From: Chrysomallon squamiferum
Lineage: Eukaryota; Animalia; Mollusca
Assembly: GCA_012295275.1 (NCBI GenBank)
Contig: CM022674.1
Coordinates: forward strand, 7,564,001 to 7,628,000
Direction of reading: 5' to 3'
Length of the DNA stretch: 64,000 bases
Shown: piece by piece, positions 23,717 to 35,803 of the stretch
Position numbering within the stretch: the stretch's first letter is position 1
Layout of the letters: every line of letters starts with the position of its first letter
Translations under genes and position numbers: made by a program
The notes under the pieces: model-generated
Databases searched by the model: none
What the model saw: the letters and a program-made list of their open reading frames with translations, nothing else
Told to the model about the DNA's origin: nothing

Positions 23717-23760
23717 ATGGATGTCACAAAGAATGATGTTATTCACTTTATCGCAGGAGG
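23717..23760 (+). CDS. SLC25A36: SLC25A36-like exon 1 ([15 protein letters not shown])
   Basis: Ends GGA GG|GTGAGT. Confidence 0.88.
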
Positions 23761-24501
23761 GTGAGTGTAAATAACGTGCATTTTAGCTGCTTTATATAAA
23801 TAACAGTTTTTCCTGTGATAAAGTTAATCGCACAAGTATCAAGTTTTAAACAATAAAGGTTAAACAACCCAGTCTTGCATGACAGACATTTCGACCTTGT
23901 TTTGGTTCGAGTTTTAGCTCCAAGGCCGGGATTAAGATTTCCGTTCTCAACTGGTTTTAGTAGTGTTGTTAACAGCACTCATTACATTGTTATGCATCGT
24001 CTGATTAAATTTTTAACCTTTAAAAACAATATTTAGACTAAAGTATAAGAGATACAAGCTTTTGTTTACATTAGCGTTATCTAGCCACATGGCGAACTTT
24101 ATTCAAATCATTATTATTGAATTTATTCTCTTACATTCTTCAGAACCGTTTAAATGTCAGCTGACATACATACTGACACAGAATCAATATTTTATTGTAA
24201 GCATTTACAAATAATGAATAAATAAATGTTTGAATACAATATTTCATTATTTGGTGACTAATAACAAATTTATTCATAAATTTCGCCATGACAGAGACCA
24301 GGTGTAGTAATGTAAATAAACGGGTTTAAGACGTTGTTGGTTTTCGTGTAGGATCTTCTCAGCTGAATATTTACATGTACAGTGTCAACAACATGTCAGA
24401 TTCTAAATTTGTCTTATCACTAAAGTAAAACAAAAAACACTGGTAGCACAAAATCGTAAAATAAAAATAAACTCGGTGAACGAGTTTATTAAATAATGTT
24501 C

Positions 24502-24561
<60 letters not shown>

Positions 24562-25980
24562 TGCTTGAGTGAAAATTAAAGTTAAATGTTTGATTTGTAA
24601 AATGTTACGTGAGTTTAGACCAGTGCACTTATTTGTTTTTAAAATCATTATAATGATTAAAACTGACTGCATAAATTATTGCTTATTATTAACAAGTTAA
24701 CTGTTTTGATATTTTTTACTGTACTAGCCTGGCAGTTGTTTTTAATGTATTTACAAAATCGCACAAGGAATTAATTACGTCCTTTACACAGATATATCTG
24801 ATAACAGTGACATTTAGTTCAGCATTGTTAAGGACTAAGAAATGTATGTCAGATTAGTTTCTAGTCTAACAGGATATTTTCATGCACAATAATAATTTTG
24901 TTATCGTGCAAAAGGTGTTTGTTCTGAGAAAGCAAATTTTCACTAAATACATAGTTTTAACAGTTGCCATCACTGAGTATTTTTAATATATAAAAAAGTA
25001 CACAGAAGATTGAAGCAGATATATCTAGTCTTGCAGTGAATGTACTTGTGTTATCAGCAGAAAGTTAATTAAAATGTTAAAACATGAGTAAAGTGTAACT
25101 GCGTACACCTCCACAAGTAAGATCATGGAGAGAAAGATGAGATAACCTTTGATGCATTGTTCACATAACTCTGGCTGGATCAGGATAGATGTACATAGTT
25201 GAGATGTTTTTGTTTATCAGTGTTTTTAATTTATCAGTTTCTGTACCTGGGTGTGCCAGGTTTGTCTGTCTGTCTGAAAGTGTTTTGTGCTCTTTATGGA
25301 CATCAAACCACCCACACGTATTGAATTTAATGCATTTGTCATTTGTAATATTAACAAATGTATATGCATTTACATTCACATACTTAGTTTAATACATGAC
25401 ATTATAAGCAAGTGTGTGTGTGTGTGTATTTACGTTACATGCAGTTTAATAAATGTAAAACCAGAATAAACAAGTGTGTGCATGCATATTTATATTCACA
25501 TACCTATACTTTAATACACTGATAGTTTGTTAAATGACGTGTAAAAACGGATGTGTTTAACATATTAATGTGTGTTTACACGTTGATGTGTGTAACATGT
25601 TGCTGGGTGTTTACACGTTGATGTGTGTTAACGTTGATGTTGTCACATTTCAGCATTGCTGGAACTGCTGGAGCGGCAGCTACGTGTCCGCTAGAGGTGG
25701 TGAAAACTCGAATCCAGTCGTCAACGGCTCCTTTCGGCCTCCACATCGTCCCCAAGGATGTGCCGCCGTATCGCCTGCTGCCCAACGGCATCATGCCTCA
25801 CGTTGGCATCAGCACGTGGACTAGTCCGACCTCCATGACAGTGGAATCGAGGCCCACAGTGGGAATGTGGCATTGCATCTGGTAAATTGTCTAATGTATA
25901 TTAATATTACCATTGTGTGTGTGTGTGTGTGTGTTCTCTATAGTAACTGTCAATAATAATAATAACAAAACAAATAATAA

Positions 25981-26020
<40 letters not shown>

Positions 26021-29000
26021 CTATATAGTAATGTCTCTATTATTAAAATGTTTGTTCTGAAATGCTACAGTTCCATTTTCTTTGTTTTTGAGAAGCAACA
26101 TCAACAAAAAAAATTATTTTTATTTTTTTTCTAATAACTATTAAAATGAAGCAAACTACAATATAAATCTTATTGTTATGTCTGTGCAAGTTAAAATGAT
26201 CACAGCACAAATAATGTTTTGTTTTACAGTCGTATCAAGGAAACTGAAGGTTACAGAGGTTTGTTCAAGGGTTTAGGACCAAATCTAATGGGCATTATCC
26301 CTGCAAAGTGAGTGTTGAATATTTATGATAACAAAATTGATTTTGTGGTTGATTTAACGTACAAATTGTGGTGATAGAAAATGAAAATACATAATAATTA
26401 TATATTGTTAATTAAAAATAGAAACGGTTTTGTGGTATAACATATATTTTTATGTGCACAGTTCTAAAATATTCTTTGACACATGCACAGGTTGAACTTG
26501 TTTCAGGTGCAGGACACCAGACAAAAGACCAGTGTTCAGTACATTATTTGCATGTTACATCAGCCATTGTAATACATATGTATGTCAAGTATTACAATAC
26601 ATCAGCCAATAAAATATGTGAATATACCTCACACACACTTGCATGTCCTTACATGAAGCAATCACATTGTTTTTAAATGAAGTGGAACTGAGTTCAATCA
26701 TTAGAATGCTGGCAGGTCACATCAGCGCTTATGTTCTCATGACATTATTCGCAACAACTACAACAACAACAGCGAAGGTATTCTGATGTAAAGTGTGGAG
26801 GAATTAAGTCACAGAACTGCAGATTTCCCAGGCCTCAGTCAGCACCTAGATCTGTTTAAACACTGTATTTCACTACTGGTGTGATCAGTTTCTTGTTCTT
26901 TTGTTTCTGAAACTCTGGGCATTTTTGTTTTATTATTTGTTAAGGTTTTAGTAATTTGTCAAATGAAATAAAGCTCTTTTCTGAAAATGTTTCTTAACCC
27001 CCACAAAAAACCCCCATCAATAATAATAACTTAAAGGAAAAAAATATTAACAACAATCTTCAAACAACCTATTTGTCTAATAACTGTTTTCTAAATAATA
27101 ATAATAAGTGTTCTTGGTTTACAAAATACAGCTTTGTGAAATACTGATTGCTAATGATGCAAGCAGATTTCACACAATACAATCTTCTAAATAAAACCCC
27201 CCAATTATTTTCACTACTGATGTGTTTAATAACAATTACTTGCACTGGTAAAAACTCTCAAAGTAAATTTATAAAGCTCTGCATGGGATTCAGTGGAACT
27301 GAATGCAGCTGTCATCATCTAATAGAATTCGTGAATTATCAAGTATCTGCTTTATGTAAATAAAAAGGAACTAGGTCAGGTGCAGTCAGCTGTGACCTTG
27401 ATTGCACTGAAACAAGTTTGAAGATGTCACAGTGTTCTTGTGTGTAATGTTTCTTTAAATAGTCTCCCTTTGTTGTTGAACAGTTTCACTTGTTTGTGAA
27501 ATTAAATAATCTCCTTTGTACACAAACATCATTCACACACTCACACCCCCCATACGTATTAAAATTACTTAAATCTCTTTCATGCATAAACACACACGTA
27601 TAAAACTTTTTAATCCCTCATAAATAGATAATCTTCAGTCATTAACATAATTTATATTAATATTTGAAGGATTATATCATTTTATACCTGCATATATGTT
27701 TATACATACACTTTAAATAACACTGCACCTTAGTTTACATTGAAATAAGTAAAAGCACATGTAAATATTTTGATTGTTATTTTTTTAAAATGAAATGTGT
27801 TATTTTTTCAGAGCAATATATTTCTTCACATATGCCAAAATGAAGAAATTACTCAACGAAGTAATGAATCCCGATACCCCTCTAGTCCACATTTGTTCAT
27901 CTTTCGTTGGAGGTTGGTTTTCTTCATCTTAGCTTCTGATGACAGATATTAAATTACTAAAATAAGAAAATGTACAAAGAATTTGATTAATTTGTACTTG
28001 TTTAAAATAAAAGAGATTTGTTTGGAATTGTGAAATAGTTGAATTCTTTTAAGATTTTGATTTCTTAACTTTAGCTAAATAGCATTTTATATCAAAAGAA
28101 AGTAGTATTTGTGAATTGAGCCTAGATGTCTCTGTGACAGTTAGAACAGATATGTGATGTTTATTTGTAGGTTGTTTGTATGTATCTAACAGTCTTGTGT
28201 CAGACTCTGAATCAGACTTGTTTTTACTGGACTTAGTGAGCCTGTTACAAAGTGACAGCACTGACAAATCTTCACATTTCATAATTTACAGTGAAAAATA
28301 ATCAAAGTAAAATGTTAAACCACTCATGTACATGATACCAGGGCAAGCGATGTTTCACGATTCGTATTTTGTTTATTTAGTGACTAACATTTTAAAAAAA
28401 GCAACTGACAATTGCAAACTGACATACTTTTACATTTCATGATTTACTGTGACTACTACAAACTGACTAAATAGTGACATTTTTACATTTCAGGATTTAC
28501 TGTGACTACTACAAACTGACTAAATAGTGACATATTTTTACATTTCAGGATTTACTGTGACTACTACAAACTGACTAAATAGTGACATTTTTACATTTCA
28601 GGATTTACTGTGACTACTACAAACTGACTAAATAGTGACATTTTTACATTTCAGGATTTACTGTGACTACTACAAACTGACTAAATAGTGACATATTTTT
28701 ACATTTCAGGATTTACTGTGACTACTACAAACTGACTAAATAGTGAAATTTTTACATTTCAGGATTTACTACAAACTGATTAAATAGTGACATATTTTTA
28801 CATTTCAGGATTTACTGTGACAACTGTGACTAGTCCAATCTGGTTGGTTAAAACCAGACTTCAGCTGGATCAAAAGTAAGAAAAAAAACCCAAACATTTT
28901 GTGAAAAGAAACATCATTTGAAGAATTTCAAATGTTATTTTATTGGAGGCAAACAGAGATTTCTTTCATGTATGTCTTTAGTTTAATTGTGCTGAAATCT

Positions 29001-29983
29001 GTTTATGAATATTTTATTTTTGAAAACAACTTGGAATCATGGATCATTTATGTTTTTGTTTCGTTAAAATAATCTAAAACATTTTATAATAATTACAGAA
29101 TTTATTTTTTTAAAAATATATCAAAAAAAATAAATTTGAAAAAATTTAACTACTGCTGTAACAAAACATAAAAATAAGTTTTAAACTGGATATTTTTGGA
29201 CGATGTTGATGTTTCAGGCGTGAAGGAAAGCTGACGATGCAGAAGTGTATTCGCCGTGTGTACCAGCATCATGGACTTCCCGGCTTCTACAAAGGCGTGA
29301 CTGCCTCCTACATCGGCATTTCAGAGACTGTGATTCAGTTTGTGTTCTACGAGGAAATAAAGTCTCGACTGCAGCGATACAGCAACCACGACAGCATCGA
29401 CGATGATGTCTACAACTTTGTCAGTATTGGCGTTGCTGGGTCTCTTTCGAAAGCTATAGCAACCTGCATCGCATACCCACACGGTAAATATCTGTTGTTA
29501 CTGGCATGCAGTATCTCTCTTATTAACCACCCTAACTATATTACCACTCTGTTACTATTACTGCTGTTACTTTCATTCGTAACATTACTGTTGCTGTTAT
29601 TGTTGCCGATAATATTGCTGTTGCTGCTGCTGTTAATATTATTCTTACCATTACTTTCACTGTCTCTGTTACTGTAACTGTAACTGTTGCTATTGTGGTT
29701 TCTGATACTATCACTACTATTTTTCCTTTTACTACTATGTTTTCTTTATGTCACTAATGTGACTTTTAAAAATATTTTTTCAGAGGTTGTGAGAACAAGA
29801 TTGAGAGAAGAAGGGACAAAATATAGATCACTAGGACAGACATTTTTACTTATTCTAAACGAAGAAGGAAAGAGTGGGTTGTACAGAGGACTAACAACAC
29901 AACTTGTAAGACAACTGCCTAACTCAGCAATCATCATGGTGACCTATGAATCTGTCGTCAAGGTGATGGAGTACATCTCGTAG
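23717..29983 (+). CDS. SLC25A36: Mitochondrial pyrimidine-nucleotide carrier, SLC25A33/SLC25A36 (Rim2) family, 7 exons, 327 aa
   Basis: join(23717..23760,25654..25881,26230..26307,27812..27912,28809..28875,29218..29483,29784..29983) = 984 nt, GT-AG, phases consistent. Carrier signatures [22 protein letters not shown] and [14 protein letters not shown]. Family motifs [25 protein letters not shown] and RQLPNSAI. Confidence 0.94.
25654..25881 (+). CDS. SLC25A36: SLC25A36-like exon 2 ([23 protein letters not shown]...MWHCI)
   Basis: TTTCAG| ... CTG|GTAAAT; 228 nt. Confidence 0.93.
26230..26307 (+). CDS. SLC25A36: SLC25A36-like exon 3 ([25 protein letters not shown])
   Basis: TTACAG| ... AAA|GTGAGT; 78 nt. 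Confidence 0.94.
27812..27912 (+). CDS. SLC25A36: SLC25A36-like exon 4 ([33 protein letters not shown])
   Basis: TTTCAG| ... GAG|GTTGGT; 101 nt. Confidence 0.93.
28415..28820 (+). repeat. 53/55-bp minisatellite made of the intron-4/exon-5 junction of the carrier gene (about 7.5 units)
   Basis: Unit GTGACA(TA)TTTTTACATTTCAG|GATTTACTGTGACTACTACAAACTGACTAAATA. CAG ends at 28493, 28548, 28601, 28654, 28709, 28762 and 28808; the first copy has CAT at 28440. Confidence 0.97.
28809..28875 (+). CDS. SLC25A36: SLC25A36-like exon 5 ([21 protein letters not shown])
   Basis: Last acceptor of the minisatellite; donor AAA|GTAAGA; 67 nt. Confidence 0.93.
29218..29483 (+). CDS. SLC25A36: SLC25A36-like exon 6 ([26 protein letters not shown]...CIAYPH)
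   Basis: TTTCAG| ... ACG|GTAAAT; 266 nt. Confidence 0.94.
29784..29983 (+). CDS. SLC25A36: SLC25A36-like exon 7 ([13 protein letters not shown]...VVKVMEYIS*)
   Basis: TTTCAG|AG GTT; stop TAG at 29981-29983. Confidence 0.94.
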
Positions 29984-31462
29984 ACGGGTTTCGAAATGAA
30001 ATGTTAATTATTTTAAGTGCCATAAGTATTGTTGCTTTTGTTTTGTTTTCTTCTTTTTTTTCTGTTTTTTTTTTTTTTAAATTAATTGTAGTGACTGTTA
30101 GTTTGGTTGTTAACAGTCCATCATTATTTCTATAATTAAAGTTTTTTTTTGTTTTGTTTTTTAAACTACTTGAAAAGACCGTTGATTAGGATATTAATGA
30201 CAAATTATTGTTTGTTTAATAGAAAATAATTATCACATACAGTTCAGTTTGTATATTTAGTTTTGATATGTTGTATATTATTAAAAAAAACTATATTATT
30301 TAAACCAATTCAGAAAGTATATTTACTAAAATGTGAAAATTTCACAACAGTAATCTGTGTTTTGTTTGGATAAGACAAAATGTAAAAAAAATTTAAATCT
30401 AAAAATGAAAACGTGGATATTGTCTCATTTTTTTTGGTAACCGAATAGTTTGTCAACTTGTTTGAAAGTTACATAAATTTCATATACAGATTGTAAAAAT
30501 TATTTTTTGTTTTCAAATGTTGATGTTGACATCAGCTACACTGGGTGTTTAATATGCAGTGACAGTCCTAGTGGGGTTTCTTCGGGGTGGGGACACATGA
30601 CATTGTGTCAGATTTGTTTTTAAATAACAGAATGTTGAAACATTTAGTTACACTTGATTACTGTGCTAGGAGACGGCAGATGACCCCTCCAGCCCCACCC
30701 CACCCCACCCCCTCGGTCAGAGTGTATATAAAAGTGTAGACAGGTTCACAGTAAGATTTTGCTTTTACTAGCTAAAGTTTTGCCTTTTGTTAGCTTTTTT
30801 GTTTTTTTCATTCACTAGTGTCTTGAGGACAAGTAAAACATGACCGATTTTTAGTTTTCATTACTGCTGGCCAAGGGAGATAATGCAAATGATTATTGGT
30901 TTAAAACATTTGTTATTATCATTTAAATAATTTTTTCTTTCCTTTCAATTTCATTTATTTATTTATTTTTTTTTTTTTTGAATGAAGAAATAGCTTTGTT
31001 CTCTATTTCAAGATTTTTTTTTTTTTTTTTAGACATATTAAAGAAGACATAATTTCTCATGTTGAATGGGTCCTTGTTTTAAAAGTATTAAAAATAAATA
31101 AATTATCTTTTTTTTATTACCCCTTTTTTTTTTTAAATTTAAAATGAGAATAAAAATTATTTATTTTTTAAATAATGTACGTGATTTTTGCAGACAAGCG
31201 CACAATGTTTGCTAAATTTGCTGCCACCACAATTTGGTTTGTGTGAAGTGAGATGTTATTTTTAGAATTTGAAATGATTATTTAAGTAAAACTGATTGTG
31301 TGAATGAGTTTCTATTAGCAATTAGAGTTATCTTTCCTGATATTTCATTATTCTATGTACATAACAAGTCATGTCTGCTAACACCATTATTTTATTATGT
31401 TAAACGTTTTTATTTTTTGTGAATCTTTGCTTGAGTGGCTTATTTATTTTTTTTATTATTAC

Positions 31463-31504
<42 letters not shown>

Positions 31505-31628
31505 TTCATTTTTAAATTAAGAAATATAAATTTGTCTAAAAAAATGATCAATTATTTTATACTCATTTGAAGTTGGTTTAAGAAAAAATCTTTTGATACA
31601 AAATATAACTATTTAATATGCAAAAAAC

Positions 31629-31661
<33 letters not shown>

Positions 31662-33193
31662 TAAAAAGCACAAAACTATAAAAACAGTTAATATATATAT
31701 ATATATATATATATAGATAGATAGATAGATATAGATATAGGAATAAAAAAACTATAGGTTTAAATGTTATTTCAAGTTTCTGAATGACTATGTTTTGGAT
31801 GTTCATTTGTTTTTTTAATATTTTTTGTTTTTGTACATATGTGTAATATAAAAATATGTATATAATGTTCTGTGTGGCGTGGATATGAATTATCTAGCAC
31901 TGTCTTATGTTAATATATGTTAAGTTTGTTAATTATTTATATATAACAGAAATATATAAATGCATATTGAGTTAGGCTGGTGTTCAGCAAAGTATTTGTA
32001 GGAACACTGCTGTGCAGATGATGCCATTATTGTTTGTAACTCATGAAAACTGCTTTGAGCTGTTTGTGGGCTAAAAGATTTATCTGCTGCAGTTTTGTTA
32101 GGTAAATTTTGTTTCACAACAGAAAATGTAAACTAATTTAGGTATTCATTTTCGTACGTTAAAACAAGAACTAGTTTAGATATTGAGTTAGATAAGTTTT
32201 GTTTTATTGAAACAAGAACTGATTTAGGAATTGAGATAGGTAACTTATGTTTGACAAAAACAAGAATTAATTCTCAACACTGTTAATGGAATCACCACAT
32301 TTTAGGGAAGTGAATATTTTATAAGATTAATTCGGAACAAAAATGAAGAAAATGACCCCCCCCTTCCCCAAAAAAGAAGATATAATCTCTCACAAAATAT
32401 AATTTCAAAAAATATAATGTGATGCATGCTAGAAAATATATTAATAAACGATCTAATTAAATAAATAAATAATTAAAAAATATTTTGCAACATATGTTTT
32501 AATATAAAAAAAATTAAATTTATTTTGGTGCATCAGAAACCAAGATTTGTTGTTGCGTGTTTAAAAAACTCGTAACAGACCGTACTGCTTTTACATCGTA
32601 AATTACTGCTTATACAAATAGTCTTCACAGACCGCACTGCCTTGGTGCTAGGTGATTGAGGTGGTTTAAAAAAAAAAAAAAAAAAAAAAATCGGGCTTTT
32701 CATCAATACTCAGAATTTTTCATAGTCAGAATTTTTATACATTTTTAAACATAATTCAGTTATTATTTTTAAAATATTTTACTAAATATCTTTTTAAAAT
32801 ATATTTTTCATTTCACTATTTTGAACTATTTTTTATAATACAATCAATGTACAGGCATTGCCATGGGCATTTTATTATAGTAGTAATATTAGAAACATTA
32901 AAAATAAGTAAAAATCATAAACTTGCCATCTTAAGATTAAAAAAAAAATACATCTTTTTAATTCTCTTTTTAAATTAAGGATATATAGTTTATATTTTAT
33001 TTTATAAGAAAGTCAGTGCTTCAGTCATATTATTTTATGGATCTTCATTAATTGTAGTATGTATTTTATATTCAAAATGAAACAATAGAAAATAACGAAT
33101 TCCATATACGCGCACATGTACAATACACATTGGTATCTATTGTTGTTCCATAGTTCTCACATTTTTTTAATTTTTATTATTTGTTTCTGAGAT

Positions 33194-33195
<2 letters not shown>

Positions 33196-33264
<69 letters not shown>
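33196..33264. repeat. (GT)n microsatellite
   Basis: Direct reading. Confidence 0.98.
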
Positions 33265-33265
<1 letters not shown>

Positions 33266-33901
33266 AAATCATGTCTTGTATTAATGTGGATGTTGACATG
33301 GAAATGAAAAAATTTCACATATTAGTTTGGAATCTGAAAAATATTAGCATTAATATCTAGTAGCAAAGTGCCTAATTATTGCACATGATAGAAATAAAAT
33401 GTGTGGGTGATTTCTTTGTGTGAGTTGGTGATTCACATTGTTTGAGAGTTGAACATGTTACCATATGTAACCAATTTCTGATCCGAGAAATAGATGGCAA
33501 CTCCCAACATATTTTTTTTTTTTCTTTTACCAGTTTGTCCAACAAATTGTGCATAATTTGCTGTTTTGAATTATTTGTATTGAAAAATATTGTTTTTACA
33601 ATAAAATGTACTGAGTATTTATAATCTTTTAGTTTTCTTTTTACATTATTTTCTGTTTTAATATTTAATTAGTTAAAACAGTAGAACAGGTTTATTTACT
33701 TTGTTTATGTTCTTACAATATAGTTGTTACTGCTTATTAGGAATTCTGTCATGGACTAGAGTCTTAGAATAGAATATGAGCAAAAATTAAGATGGTAATG
33801 TTATGTATAGCTGTTATGTTTATGGATGTAATTACAGATATATAAATATATATACATACACTTATCAAGTTAAGGAATTTACTTAAAATGAGATTATGAA
33901 T

Positions 33902-33957
33902 AATCTGGGAATATAGAGGTACACTTTTTAAAATTTTATTTGAAATGTGCATAATTA

Positions 33958-33995
<38 letters not shown>

Positions 33996-34503
33996 TTTAA
34001 ACTGATTTTAGTACTAACTTGTGGTTAAACATATAAACTACACAAACGTCCAGTACAGAAAAAATATACACCCCCCTAAAAAACTACAAAAAAACCACAA
34101 AAAAAATTGTATCACAGTAGATAACTCTTCAACGATTAATTGAATACAGAGTTGCCCCTCTTACTTACAAAAAAATGTCTAGTACATTATATAACTAACA
34201 ATCAGGTTTTTTTTTTTTTTTTTTTTTTAACTGAAATGATTAAATATTGATTAGTAAAGAAGTAACTTTAAATATTTTTACCACATACATATATGTAATT
34301 TATATTGTTTAAAAATTTGCCTAAAACGAAAACGAAAAACAAATTAAGTTTTAAAATCATGAAAACTGAGATTTTCGTCAATAACTATATATCAACAGAT
34401 AAATAATCTTACAACGCTGTTGACAAAAATCGTGGTGTTTGCAGGGATGTAACAAAAACTGATAACATTTTTACTATTTAGAATAAATGAATTGAAAATA
34501 ACG
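33902..34503. repeat. Segment Y: inverted copy of 38420-38988
   Basis: For example GGGATGTAACAAAAACTGATAA..TTTTACTATTTAGAATAAATGAATTGAAAATAACG (34444-34503) is the reverse complement of 38420-38478. Similarity continues with indels to AATCTGGG (33902) / CCCAGATT (38981-38988). Confidence 0.92.
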
Positions 34504-35803
34504 GAGTGGTGAAATTATATTTGTTTTTGTATGAAAAAAAAAAAAAAAAAAAACCTTAAGATAAAGATCTGTGCTATTTATTTCGTTACGAGAAATTAAG
34601 AGCAGATCAGGGATAGATACAGAAATTACATACATACATACATATACATACATACATACATACATACATACATACATACATACATACATACACATACATA
34701 CATAGCAAACATACATAGATGTATATAAACATGTAAATGAATAGAATACAAATGGTGAAAGGTCACTCGCATTGATAAAGCGTGAGAACAGTTTTAAATT
34801 TTACTTTGATTAGTTTGAATGGTAAAACCAAAACGCGACCCTAGAATTTCTCGACGTTAACGTAGCTGACATTGACGAGGGTGTCGCAGAGCAATAAGAT
34901 ATTTTTAGGTCTTCACCCTGTTTTCTCAGACGCTGCTCAGAGGCTGCCAAGTTAATCACTTCGATTGGGCGCAGAGTGTGCCAGTGAAGCACTTAGACTT
35001 CTTTTTGTGTTTATTACGACTCATTTTGGCTTGAAATTATGAGATTGCTTCACCGTATTTATTCTTCTTCAGCAGTTATTTTCAATTCACTAATAAAAGG
35101 CGGGAACGTTTTATTTCTGGCGGCGTCCAACGTGGCCGTCGTATTTGCGGAAGCTGCGCGTTCCCAGGAGTGTTGTGCCGTAGACTGAGCACGTTTCTGA
35201 TGATCCCTTTCAAACGCGGCAAACACCAGTCTAGGAATCAATAGCCAGCAAACAGTGGTGTGAGATGTTTTGTAGTTGCAGAGTTTGCGAGAAACACACA
35301 AAATTAACACACACGATTCTAGCCACAAACCAGTCTATTTCCTGTCGTGCTTCATTTCAAATTAGTTTTTACTTGAAGGAATTACCACAGATAGCGGAAT
35401 GGCGTGATTTAGAGGTTTTTTTTGTTCGTCTACTTAGTAATACATACATGTCTGTCCCAAATGAAAGTAAATTGTATTCCATGCAAACAGGCTTTGTCCG
35501 GATTAAAATGAATTTCACCATTTTCAAAGTACTCTGAAAACTTTTCTTGCAAGCTGCATTTCAACAGTTGCAAGAATTACCGTAGTAATGACAATAATAG
35601 TAAGAAGAAGAAGAAGAAGACGAACAACAACAACAACAATAATATCAATATCCACATTTCTTATTATTTATTGTTATTAATGTACATGTAGGCAATTTCA
35701 GTTTTCGCGTACTTTCACTGCTTAAAGCATTTCAGTGTATAAATCAGTTCACTAAATACTTTGAACTTTTAATACAACATTCTGACCTGTTTCACCGATC
35801 ATA

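Noticed and set aside
29484-29677. Read-through of carrier exon 6 into a 64-aa Leu-rich hydrophobic tail (intron-retention isoform)
   Set aside because: The tail is a decayed (CTG/TTA/TTG) trinucleotide tract; canonical splicing to 29784 restores the conserved [10 protein letters not shown] motif.
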